From positions 1 through 22,303 of the forward strand of contig NW_021836971.1 in NCBI RefSeq assembly GCF_006345805.1: 22,303 nucleotides of DNA, written 5' to 3'. Every line of letters begins with the position of its first letter. Position 1 is the first letter of the stretch. The translations under genes were made by a program, and so were the position numbers. Source of the stretch: Octopus sinensis (Eukaryota). Below the pieces are notes generated by a model. That model ran no database searches and had not been told where the DNA came from. It was given only the letters and a program-made list of their open reading frames with translations. Of the stretch, positions 1 to 10,845 are shown piece by piece.

Positions 1-50
1 CAAAGCCCTCTTTACTAGTGTGCTAATCCGGTCTCTGAAAACTGTCTCGA

Positions 51-500
51 TTAGATAGATAGATAGATAAATAGATGATAGATGGATAGTAGATAGATAG
101 ATAGATTGATGCATAGATAGATTGATGGATAGATAGATGGATAGATAGATGGATCAATCAATAGATAAAGAGAAAGATAGATAAGTTTATTTATTAGCCA
201 GAAAGGGCCGAACACACAGGGGTCAGAATACGATGTATCGATCGATCGATCGATAGATAAATAGATAAATAGATGGAGAATAGATAAATAGATAGCTAGC
301 TAGTAGATATATGGATATATAGATAGATCAATAGGTGGATAAATGGATGAATAGATAGACGGATGGATATATATATATATTATATATATATATATTATTA
401 TATATATATATATATAATACAGAGAGAGAGAGAGAGAGGGAGAGAGGAGAGAGAGAAATAGATAGATAGATATAGATATAGATAGATAGATACATATATA
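51..500. repeat. Compound (GATA)n/(TA)n/(GA)n microsatellite block
   Basis: Degenerate TAGA/GATA units at 51-185 and 240-365, then TA and GA runs, visible directly. Confidence 0.95.
187..238 (-). mobile_element. Isolated LINE/SINE 3' tail fragment
   Basis: Minus strand reads cgatacatcgtattctgacccctgtgtgttcggccctttctggctaataaataa. It matches 4291-4346 (-) and the SINE tail at 20646-20690 (+). Confidence 0.65.
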
Positions 501-1099
501 CATAGAAAATGGATAAATATTGAGTTAAATAGCTCGTAAAGTCAATAAAATAAGAAAGTGTACAAAATTTGCGGAAACACAGCCAATATGCAGAGCAAGC
601 GTGTGTGCATATATATATATATATAGGGGAGTGTGTGTCAAAGTGTATGTGTGTGTGTGTGTAAGTGTTCATATTTATATCTGTATGTATACATGCGTGT
701 GCTTATGTTTATATATATATATGTATACGAAAAGAATTAAAAAACATAAATATTTTCTCTGCTAAAATCCTCAATTATTGACAGTAAAGAGATCACCACT
801 AGCGTCCATTTTCTAAACAACCGAACGCGTATCATTTAAAATTTCCTCGAATTCATAGAACATTCCTCTTTATTTATTTAATATCCTGCAACATATATGT
901 TCTTCTGTATTGCAGCTTTTTTATTTGTTATTAAATTTACTTAATTTTACTTATTTGTTATGGTGGTTAGACATCAAATAGAGAAATTGTATTGATTAGA
1001 ATCGTTGGATAGATGGCTGGATGGATGGATAAATAAAGAGCATTATGGGATAGCTTCATAGATGCTAACAAACATGAGTTAATGCAAATGAGATGTGTC

Positions 1100-1111
1100 T
1101 ATATATATATT

Positions 1112-1177
<66 letters not shown>

Positions 1178-1370
1178 AAGTTTGAATTTATGCACGTATG
1201 TATGTTTCCATATACTCGTATGTATGCATTTGCACAATATATGCTTGTGTGCGCGTAACACGCACATGCACACGCACGCACGCACACACACACACATATG
1301 CACACATATACATATGCCTATGTGGTGGGTAAGCGTTGATTTGTAAATATGTAAGTTTGAATGTAAAAAG

Positions 1371-1407
<37 letters not shown>

Positions 1408-1508
1408 CTATATATATATATAGATATGTATATGCATGTATGTATGCATGTTTGTTGTTTTGTATGCAGGTAAATATGTGTTTGCATGATTTTAGCTCAA
1501 CGTGCATA

Positions 1509-1583
<75 letters not shown>

Positions 1584-1871
1584 GAGATATGTCTGTGTAT
1601 GTGCTTGTGTGTAGAGGTAGAGAGAGAGAGTGAGATGCAGGCACGTATTCATGTATATATGTATATATATCTATGGATTTTCGTATGGAAATAAATATAC
1701 AATATCTTTCTATTTATCTATCTATATATACACATATATATATACACATATATATATAACTATATATACACATATATATACACATATATAGTTAGTCAGA
1801 TCTACGTAGATGTGCATATCTATCTATCTATCTATCTATCTATCTCCTCTCTCTCTCTCTATATATATATA

Positions 1872-1904
<33 letters not shown>

Positions 1905-2407
1905 CATATATAATATATATCTCCTTTAAGTAGGTGCACATACGCTTATGATGAAACTGTATATGAATGTGTGTGTATACAATCATCTCCTTTATGCATA
2001 TATGTTCGTCCAGTTGAATTTTTTCTCAACATCAGAAGTTTAAGAAAAAAAAAAACATCGTTGAGGAGCATCGTTTGAGATTACACGCAATGAGCTTTTC
2101 TATCACGCCCACACACGCAAACACACACACACACACATTCAGACACACACGTATGTTATAGGGATATATGTATGAGTGTGTGTGCGTTTGTGTTTGGCGT
2201 GTTCATTGGCGCACACACACAAACACGCACACACAGATACACACACACACACATACATATATATATACGTGCACAATCGGTTATACTCGTGGAGTTGCGC
2301 ACCTTTGTTCTATGTGTATCTATATCTATATATCTATCTATATACACACTCACTCATACACACATATATACACACACTCATGTATATATACATAAATACT
2401 TACATAA

Positions 2408-2456
<49 letters not shown>

Positions 2457-2643
2457 TATGTACACATATACATACATATGTGTGTATATATTTATATACA
2501 TATATATGCATATCTACATGCACATATATATATAATATATATACATATAGATATATGTATATATATTTGTGTGTGTATGTGTATACATGTATATTTATAT
2601 ATATTTACATATATATATATATATATATATAATATATATATAT

Positions 2644-2676
<33 letters not shown>

Positions 2677-2689
2677 ATATTTATATATG

Positions 2690-2743
<54 letters not shown>

Positions 2744-2745
2744 CA
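1100..2745. repeat. Cluster of (TA)n, (TG)n/(CA)n, (TATC)n and (TATG)n microsatellites
   Basis: Long runs include (TG)n at 1131-1173, (TA)n at about 1370-1580 and (TA)n at about 2410-2710, interleaved with short unique spacers. Confidence 0.95.
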
Positions 2746-3268
2746 TATTTGTATATGTGTAGGCTGGATGATATGCCGAGATCAATAAGTTGCGTGTACC
2801 TTTCCATATGCTTGCGTGTGCTTGCCTCTAAAATACAATATATGAATATGTTCTAATTGCTAAAGGTTTGCAACGAAATACGATTCCTTTTCTGTTTTCT
2901 TTTTATTTTGTCCCTTGATCAGTAAAATCCTAACAACACTGCACCATGAGGAGCGGGAGCGAACAGCACCCAGCCATGCCGAATGCAAACAAACATCACA
3001 GACGAACTGTATCCGCGCCATTTTCTCTTGATCTTTCGTAAAATCAATGCGTTAGGTTTTTACGTTTATCTGGTAAATCATTTTTCTTCCTTGCCGTCCC
3101 TGGTTTTTTTTTTTTCCGATCACTGGTAAACATACTGAATGTTCTCCACGTGATACACTTGTACATGTAATCTTGTTGAAGTGATTGAATCGTAGCTTCT
3201 TTTACTTCTGTGTGCGTGTATGTATGTATATATAAATATATATATGGTGATATATATGTATATCTGTA

Positions 3269-3489
3269 CGATGGAATGCTGAAAGATTTCTGACTTTAAG
3301 GGAATCGTGAAAGGCCTGACTGGAGGCCCAACCTTCCCAATTCCTTTACTGGGATTAGAAAAACTGAAGGACCGCTGCAATAAATGTGTGAATCTGGGAG
3401 GGGAATATGCTGAATAGAAACGTAATTAACTGATTGATTCTCTTGTAATTTCTTTTACCCAAATCCAGGAACTTTTCAGCACCTCCCTG
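3269..3489 (+). mobile_element. Mariner-derived MITE (about 220 bp) retaining the transposase C-terminal codons
   Basis: Imperfect TIRs are cgatggaatgctgaaagatttctgact and the reverse complement of aatccaggaacttttcagcacctccctg, with TA on the left. The interior encodes KA*LEAQPSQF/LLGLEKLKDRCNKCVNLGGEYAE*, typical of a mariner transposase end. Confidence 0.85.
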
Positions 3490-3506
3490 TGAGTATATAT
3501 ATATAT

Positions 3507-3774
3507 ATATTTTTACATACAAAATTTAAAAGACTGACCACTAAAAGTGGACGGTCAACATGCTAGATATAGACGTCAAAATCGCTATTTACCACGAAGA
3601 ATGTGTTCTCAAAGGCCAACATGCTAGATATAGACGTCAAAATCGCTAATTACCACGATGAATGTGTTCTTGAGAACACATCTTCGTGGTAAATAGCGAT
3701 TTTGACGTCTATATCTAGCATGTTGACCGTCCACTTTTAGTGGTCAGTCCTTCAAATTTTGTATGTAAAAATAT
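3507..3774. repeat. Near-perfect foldback: 106/105-bp inverted arms with an internal 54-bp direct duplication
   Basis: 3507-3612 versus the reverse complement of 3670-3774 differs by 2 mismatches and 1 indel. 3617-3670 repeats 3556-3609 at 52/54. Confidence 0.95.
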
Positions 3775-4163
3775 TTTAATCTTCGGATTTTTTTAATATG
3801 CTAGGCCACTGGTTTTAATTGATTAATATCAATTTCTACCCTTATTGAATTTTATATATATATATATATGTTTAATATAACACTATACTTTCGTGCACAT
3901 AGCACACATGCACGTACATATATACAAATATAGATATACTTAAACTTGATTTGGTGCTTAGAATTCTCTGGTATTATCTGATAGCTTCATGGTTGTGTCC
4001 TCTACGTTTTTCTACCTGGCCATCTCCGGCGTCCTACACGTTGATGCACCGTGATTGTAATGAATCATATTCATAATCTATATTGATGAAGATATAGATT
4101 GATGGATGAATGGATAGATAGATAAATAGATGGACACACGGACGCACACAGAGACAGAATTAT

Positions 4164-4173
4164 AGATAGATAA

Positions 4174-4247
<74 letters not shown>

Positions 4248-4262
4248 GGAGTGATAGATAGA
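4164..4262. repeat. (GATA)n microsatellite
   Basis: Long, nearly pure TAGA run. Confidence 0.97.
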
Positions 4263-4290
4263 TATATAAATGAATAAATAAAAAGATATG

Positions 4291-4346
4291 TTTCCTTATT
4301 AGCCACAAAGGGCTGAACACAGAGGGGACAAATTACGATGTAGAGC
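4291..4346 (-). mobile_element. Isolated LINE/SINE 3' tail fragment followed by (TATC)n
   Basis: Minus strand reads ctctacatcgtaatttgtcccctctgtgttcagccctttgtggctaataaggaaa, the same motif as 187-238 and 20646-20690. Confidence 0.7.
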
Positions 4347-4880
4347 TTTTTTTTATTTTTCCTTTTTTTTGATAGGCATATGGACAGATGGCCTCCAATT
4401 TATTTTACATGCTCTTCTTAATTTCCTTATCTACATATAGAAGTTAAACTACCGATTTTCAACTTCGCATTTGAGTCTGTGGTGTTGGTCATATTCGTAT
4501 AATAAACTAATCAATTAACAGTATAATAATGATCACTGTGTAGGGAAACTGTGCAGGAGAAGGGATTGCACATATATCATTTCCTCACTCTCTTTATTTC
4601 GTTTATTCTTCTTTTTAAAGAACTGGGCATTTATGGCTGAAGGCAACATGCCATTAGCAGTGATTATTCCAAAGTTCCAGTGATCTTCGGAGGCAAAAAA
4701 TAGATGTAGTGCTTTCTTCAGAACATGGGATGGAAGTAAGAAGATAAAGGCGGCTGTAGGCATAGTAACAAGAGTCTGAGAGGACATAGTACAAGACAAG
4801 CACATTGCAGCAGATACGGCAAAATCAAGATATGGAGTTTTGAATATGTTACTATTTGACTCAGCCTGGTTCTCGTTTCG

Positions 4881-5604
4881 TTAATTAAAGCTGAAGATAA
4901 TTAATCGTTTCATCGTAATCCGACTACATATCTAAGTTTCGCATAGATATATGTTAGAAAATCGGTAAAGAAGGATGGAATCATTACAGCGTCACTGGGG
5001 AATGGTTTTCTCTTACTTTAGTTCCATGAACGTATGTTCTGTGCCCATATCTCTGTTATCAATAAAATGATTCACCTGTCAAAATATTTGGATCGATAGC
5101 AATATATCGATTATAATTCTCTAAGCAAACCTTGTGCAAGTTTGAAGTATATTTTTCTTTAATCTGAACAAAATTCGAAATTACATATGATATTTTAAAA
5201 TCTTTCTCCACAAAGTAATCCTTGTATGGTATTTCGATGTTGTTCTTAGCTTTTGGTATCGTTTTCTTTGACTTGAAGGAAGTAGGAAGGCGGTTATGAC
5301 AATTTCGGGATCCCGGGCGACAAATTGAATGAAGAAGGGAGTCAACCGTGGACCAAGGACCGAACAAAACTGTACGCAACAGATGGACCCCGATAAAGAA
5401 TATACAACACCAGGCAATGATTTTAAACTGTAGATTAAGACCAAGAAGTGTCCCTCCTACTTTATTCCCTTCGACTTCCGATTCCCAAACATTACTCGCT
5501 GTGAATGCTATACAAGAAGCCTTGGGTTTAATCCGGAAGTTCGTAGTTGTAATCTGAACGTCTGTACCCTTCGTTAAGCATTCATCTATCAAATAGTAGC
5601 TTTG
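4881..5604 (-). CDS. Candidate unidentified coding segment (181-codon open frame, possibly spliced; one predicted transmembrane helix)
   Basis: Stop-free frame 5604-5062 in AT-rich unique sequence, with hydrophobic stretch IIAWCCIFFIGVHLLRTVLFGPW. Phase-compatible GT-AG model: exons 5585-5185, 5075-5017 and 4890-4881 (stop). No homology recognised. Confidence 0.35.
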
Positions 5605-6095
5605 TTACAGCGATACATTCACAGTAGCTATTTCTTTCTCGTGCATGAAACTCGTAGCCTTGTGATTAGGAAAGCAGTAATTCTTTAGTCAATATGGATG
5701 TTTCGTGTTCAAGAAATTTTATCGGAAACACATCGATAGATATAGAGAAAAGTTAAGGAAAAATTAAATTACGCTCCAGTCATTTGGGCTTGTTGCTCAG
5801 GAGTGAGGTTTGATATCAGAGACAGATGGAAGGATAGAATAAGAAAATGAAAGAAGTGTTTACTGCAGAATCGCCCCCTCTAGGGTAAGCGATTTGAAAA
5901 GTAATTATCGTTAACCGACAAGTCATCTAGGAATTTTATTAATGGCTACGGAAACGGCAGACTCTTCTAAAATGAGTTAGAATTCTCCTTTATCAGATGC
6001 GTAGATAGGGACGGAAAGACAACTGGGAAATAATAACAATGTTACTGGTATTAGTAACGTTAAAGAAGACAACAACAGTAACAACAAAGAAGGAT

Positions 6096-6580
6096 GAAGC
6101 TTTTAAGTGAACGTTCGATGCGCTAGAAATGGTAGTAACATCTCTCTCTCAAATCATACCCTAGTATCTCAAAAACAATTCGAAATCCTATTGGATATAT
6201 TGAATTTATATTTTGTGCTCATGCTAACGATCAAACGAACAGGAATGGAGTCGATGATGATGCGCGACTTGAGCAGAAAATTATCTCCATTTTTGTTATA
6301 GAAGCATTTAAGTGACCGGTTCCAGATGCTAGATATAGCAGGAAAATTTCTCTGAAATTACACTCTACCATCTCGAAAATAACTAGAAGTCATATTAAAT
6401 ATATTACATTTATATTTTCTTCTCCAACTAACAATCAAGCGAACAGGAGTGGAGTTGATTGTGTGCCTGAAGCAGAAAATTATCTCCATTTTTGTCAGCG
6501 AAGCTTTTAAGTGACGATTCAATTTGCTGGAAATGGCAGTAAAATCTCTCTTAAATTCCACCCAAGCGCCTCAAGAATAA
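6096..6580. repeat. Degenerate tandem repeat, about 200-bp unit, about 2.4 copies
   Basis: Units begin gaagc(a/t)tttaagtga at 6096, 6301 and 6500. Shared blocks include gct(a/g)ga(a/t)at(a/g)g, gaacagga..ggagt and gcagaaaattatctccatttttgt. Confidence 0.85.
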
Positions 6581-6608
6581 TCGGCCGCCCTTTTGTATAT
6601 TCTTTGAA

Positions 6609-6838
6609 TCTTTTACTTGTTTCAGTCATTTGACTATGGCCGTGCTGGGGCAACACATTAAAGGGATTTTGTCGGAGAAATCGACTCCAGATCTTATTCC
6701 TTGTAAGCCTAGTTCTTAATCTATAGGTTTTTGTTTTGGCGAACGGCAAATTTATAGGGACATAAACACACCAACATCGGCCATGAAGCGATGCTGGGGG
6801 GAGTAACGACAAACACAGTCTCAAAGGCACGTACACAT
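6609..6838 (-). mobile_element. SINE family A, degenerate 3' half
   Basis: Reverse complement matches 11010-11210, including the gtcaaatgactgaaacaagtaaaaga tail. Confidence 0.85.
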
Positions 6839-6892
6839 AAATATATACTTAATAAACTGAGGACAAGCACATCCATCCATCCATCCCTCCAT

Positions 6893-7060
6893 CTATAAAA
6901 GAAAACATACAAATCTGCACACATACATACATACAAAAATACCTGTTGATATTGAAATTCCAATGAAGGATCCTTAGATCTAGGTTAGAAACCGGTTCTT
7001 TTTCTATTGGCAAGAAATCTTGAAATAAATCTGAATAATGGCATACATTCATTCATGCAT
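6893..7060 (+). mobile_element. 3' UTR-only copy of the RLE-type LINE located immediately downstream
   Basis: About 100 bp (ttgaaattccaatgaagga...ctgaataatg) are nearly identical to 7499-7587, with weaker similarity extending upstream. It ends in catacattcattc. Confidence 0.8.
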
Positions 7061-7074
7061 ACGTATATTGAAAA

Positions 7075-7600
7075 GAGAAACTGTGTACAGTTGTGGAAAT
7101 TAGCTGTCCGGCGGACGTTAACATAAAACTAAAGATCAGCGAAAAAGAAAATACCTACGCTGACCTATTGAGGAATCTACAGCTACTCTATCAAGATTAC
7201 AAGTTCAGGTTTATACCTGTAATTATCGGGCCACTGGGCTACATAAAACTGCCTAAATAACAATCTTGAGAAATTAGGTTTCTGAAAACCACGAAGGAGA
7301 ACGCTACTTCGAAGACTACAGATCGAAGACATCACTGGAACAGTGAAAATCTTTGAGGATTTCCAGAAGTTTATCATTAAGTATATATGATCATATCTTC
7401 TAGACATACAAGTATATACATGGGAATACGTACATAAAACCAAACGTAGAAATCTCCTCATATAGATAAATACATATAATAACATCCTGATGCTGTTGTT
7501 GAAATTCCAATGAAGGAGATTTGGATCTAGGTTAGAAACCGGTTCTTTTTCTATTGGCAAGAAATCTTGAAACAAAACTGAATAATGACACACACACATA
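7075..7600 (+). mobile_element. 5'-truncated non-LTR retrotransposon, restriction-like endonuclease end plus 3' UTR (R4/Dong/NeSL-like)
   Basis: 7075-7250 encodes EKLCTVVEISCPADVNIKLKISEKENTYADLLRNLQLLYQDYKFRFIPVIIGPLGY. After a frameshift it reads CLNNNLEKLGF*KPRRRTLLRRLQIEDITGTVKIF. This matches the RLE domain C-terminal pattern. The 3' UTR ends in (CA)n. Confidence 0.85.
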
Positions 7601-7602
7601 TC

Positions 7603-7930
7603 TGGCATTCCGTCGGTTACGACGACGAGGGTTCCAGTTTATCCGATCAACGGAAGAGCTTGCTCGTGAAAATTAACGTGCAAGTGGCTGAGCATACCTC
7701 TGACACGCATACCATTGAGGTAGTTCACTGGCAACTTCAGCGTGGCACAATGTGACAAGGCTGGCCCATTTTAAAATACACGTACAACACATTTTTGGCC
7801 AGCTGAGTGCACTGGAGCAACGTGAAATAAAACGTTTTGCTCAAGGATACAACGCTCCGCTGGGAATTGAACTCAGGAACCTTACGATCGTGTGCCGAAT
7901 GCCCTAACCACTAAGCCATGCACCTTCACA
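7603..7930 (-). mobile_element. tRNA-derived CORE-type SINE family B, full length
   Basis: Minus strand has A box ggcttagtggttaggg, B box gagttcaattccc, CORE-like tccttgagcaaaacgttttatttcacg and tail gtaaccgacggaatgcca. Collinear with 21793-22104. Confidence 0.9.
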
Positions 7931-7947
7931 TAAATACATACATAACA

Positions 7948-8122
7948 TGAAAGACCTTTTGGCAATGTCTGTCTATTAAAACCACACAAAAGGCTTTTCT
8001 GGGTCCGGGGCTATCGGAGAAAAAAAAATCACTTGGAGAAGGTGCCACCTAATGGAACTGAACCCTGGACTATGTGGCTGAAAAGCACAGTTATTAGCTT
8101 CTGAAAACACTGCCAGCCTCTG
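7948..8122 (-). mobile_element. SINE family A, old degenerate 5' half
   Basis: Reverse complement cagccacatagtccagggttcagttccattaggtggcaccttctccaagtg aligns with 10846-10960. Confidence 0.7.
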
Positions 8123-8712
8123 TCTATAATACTAGAATAACTAGACTTGTTTTCCGTTTGGCGAATTTTGTACAATTTCACAGTTTCTATTTCAATCATT
8201 CTGTGCTGTGAGGTATCTTGTTGTAAACTTGGTTAAAAATCACAATATCTGTTACATAAAACCGATAAATTTGATGTGTGTGTGTGTGTGTGTGGATGTG
8301 TGTGTGTGTGTGCGTATGTGTGTATTTGTTGAGATAGAGTGAGAGAGAGATGGGGGAGGAATTCTCATAATCATACTCATGCGTATATAAACATACAGTG
8401 CTATAGTCTATGAGCTTGTGGGATTCTGAGTGTATATGTGTGTATATGCACCTGTACGAGTGTGTAGACATTAATTCCTTCAATATGTATAACGAAAGAT
8501 ATTAAATTCCAAACATACATAGAGTTATTAATGCGGTCTCTCTTTCTCCCAGTACATAAATGTACATACTTGTAAACATGTATAATTATGCACACGCACG
8601 TAAACATGTACAAGCAATATGTAGGACTTATCTATGCGTGTATGTATGTATGTGTGTGTGTGCATACGTGTGTATAGTTATGTACATATACATATATTCA
8701 CTACCCCTGTCT

Positions 8713-8714
<2 letters not shown>

Positions 8715-8777
<63 letters not shown>

Positions 8778-9049
8778 TATATGTATGTATATATTTACAT
8801 ATATATGTGTGTGTATACGTGTGTGTATATATATGTGTGTGTATATATATATATATATATGTACTTATATATATATACATATATATATAACCATACATGT
8901 TTCCATACACACATGCACGCGTGCTTATTGCTAATGCACACAATCTGAAATATTCACATAAAAATAGATGCAACGGCACGCACAGACACACATATACACG
9001 TGCAAACATATATATATATACATATATACATAAACACACACACACACAT

Positions 9050-9096
<47 letters not shown>

Positions 9097-9100
9097 ATAT
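8715..9100. repeat. (TA)n/(CA)n microsatellite block
   Basis: Pure (TA)n at about 8716-8772 plus compound runs. Confidence 0.95.
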
Positions 9101-9339
9101 ATGTATAACATTGGCAGCTTCAAGAGAACTGGAAACATCTTCCTGTGGAGACACGGTCCTTTTGATAATTCCTATGTTGTTTAGGAAGCAAAACGGTAAG
9201 GAAAGACTTCTTGCTAGTAAATGGCGGTTCCATTGAATATCCTCACTTCCATTTCAACAAATTGTATTGAATATCAATAAAGATTTGCAAATCAAACGCA
9301 TTTGTGTTCCTGTTATTGATTTTCTCTGTCTCTCATTCT

Positions 9340-9495
9340 CCTGAGTCTCTCTCTCTCTCTAATTTTTCTTCTCTCTATCTTTCTCGCTCTCTCTCTCACA
9401 GACACACACCACCCATTCTCTCTCTCTCTCTCTCTCTGTGCCTCTCTCTCTCTGTGCCTCTCTCTCTCTCTCTCTTTCTCTTCCTCTCTCTTCTC
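9340..9495. repeat. (CT)n microsatellite
   Basis: Interrupted CT dinucleotide tract. Confidence 0.95.
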
Positions 9496-10210
9496 TCAAA
9501 AGTTTCTGCCTGTTCCGATTCAATCAGATACGTTTTCTGTTGATAGTATTCTTCTCGCTCAACGTCCCCAAAGCAATTGCCATTAAATAAATAAATAAAT
9601 AAATAGATAAACAAGTAAACAAATAAATAAATAAACTATCTGACTACTTTTTCTATTCCTACTGTTGCTGCATGGCGAATTTTATACAAGTAAGAAGTAC
9701 AAAGTCTGCTTCCGGTTAGCAGAAATGTTCATGCTAACGGTTTTTCGATCTCCCGGCAGGCTCTAATGCGCACACTACACTTCATTGCTTTGTTTTCACT
9801 CACGTACATCGTCTAATGGCCTTGAGTAGCAACAGAAATGCACAAAGGAGCACTGTCGGACAAGGCTGTAAAACTCTTTCTTCTAACCGTGTCCAGTTCA
9901 AATAAAATTGTTCCAATGTTACAGTTTTTCGTTGCTAGTTGAAAGATACTTTCGCTACATTTGAATTCAGAAATGGTCGATGTAAACAGCTTGTTGTGAA
10001 AATTAGTTCATAGGAAAGTAGAAAGTAGGTTGCCATCATTGTGTTATAAATGTAGTTAGCTAAACCTAAAATAAATTAAAATCATTTAAAATATAATACA
10101 TAATAATATATAATATACAGACATATGAGTAAAATAGAATATACCCGCGTATATCTACCTTGTCTTGTTAAAAATGTATGTATACTAGCGACAGAGAGGT
10201 AAAGTTTTTC

Positions 10211-10587
10211 TCCACTTAAACGTGGATGTTTTGTTGGAAGAAGCATTACTGCGGTAATTACCGTAAGAGAAACTCTTGTATTAGCATTTTGGAGCAAAAT
10301 GCATTCTTGTTTATGTCACTAACGGGAAGATAAATCCCCATCGAGACCATCTGCACACGCGATGTCGACCTTTTTTTCATCTTTTATTTTATTTTTCCAT
10401 CTTGTTTTGACGAGACCAAAAAGGTCGAAATAACATGATCTCAGCGCTGGAGTTAACGGGGATATATCTCCCCGTTAGCAATTTGAAGACGAATACCATT
10501 TTGCACCAAAAGCTAATACGACATTTTCTCTAATGGTAACAACCGCAGTAAAGTTAGTTCCAATAGAAGATCCAAGTTTAAGTGAGG
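10211..10587. repeat. Old foldback/MITE-like element with about 170-bp imperfect inverted arms
   Basis: Colinear inverted blocks are cacttaaac.tggat, tactgcggt..ttacc.t.agagaaa, gtattagc(a)ttttgg.gcaaaatg, ctaacggga(a)gata.atcccc and tcgaccttttt, around a spacer of about 40 bp. Confidence 0.85.
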
Positions 10588-10691
10588 ATAAATATATATA
10601 TTTAAACGTAGACGCATATAAAATTCCAACAGACATTCTCACTATTGTTACGATACATATACGTCTGACATTTTAGCACAAGCATTTTCAA

Positions 10692-10838
10692 GAGACGGAG
10701 TAAGGCGATTACATCAACTCCAGGGTTCAAAGAGTACTTATTTTATCGACTCCCAAAAGGGTAAAAACAAAACCAGCGGAGTTGGAACTCAGTACAGAAA
10801 GACCGACGAATCACCGCTAAGTCTTTTGCCCGACATGT
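10692..10838 (-). mobile_element. SINE family C fragment, head interrupted by the adjacent family A copy
   Basis: Reverse complement cttagcggtgattcgtc...tgagttccaactccgct...gtcgataaaataagtact...gttgatgtaatcgcctta matches 20493-20620. Confidence 0.8.
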
Positions 10839-10845
10839 TAAGGGT

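Noticed and set aside
300-2856. Many I/Y/C/V/H/T-rich ORFs in the ORF track, here and throughout the window
   Set aside because: They are translations of (TA)n, (CA)n, (GATA)n and (CATA)n repeats, which lack stop codons in some frames.
3556-3670. CRISPR-like array suggested by the repeated 54-bp unit
   Set aside because: Only two copies, no unique spacers, eukaryotic context and no cas genes.
4621-4735. Plus-strand exon-like segment with a long polypyrimidine tract and gaa|gtaaga donor
   Set aside because: All three frames contain stops. The TGA has no support as selenocysteine.
4533-4880. 115-codon minus-strand frame whose FGIITANGMLPSA faintly recalls the phlebovirus nucleoprotein C-terminus
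   Set aside because: The resemblance covers about 12 residues, the upstream part does not align, and the length is within chance expectation. An HMM search would be needed.
5434-5577. Plus-strand Cys-rich peptide KKCPSYF...RCECY...RSCNLNVC resembling EGF, TSP1 or IL-17 fragments
   Set aside because: It is bounded by stops, has no convincing splice sites, has incomplete cysteine spacing, and is the exact antisense register of the longer minus-strand ORF.
7860-7930. tRNA genes suggested by A/B boxes here and at 16890 and 21793
   Set aside because: The heads continue into SINE bodies and lack a complete cloverleaf.
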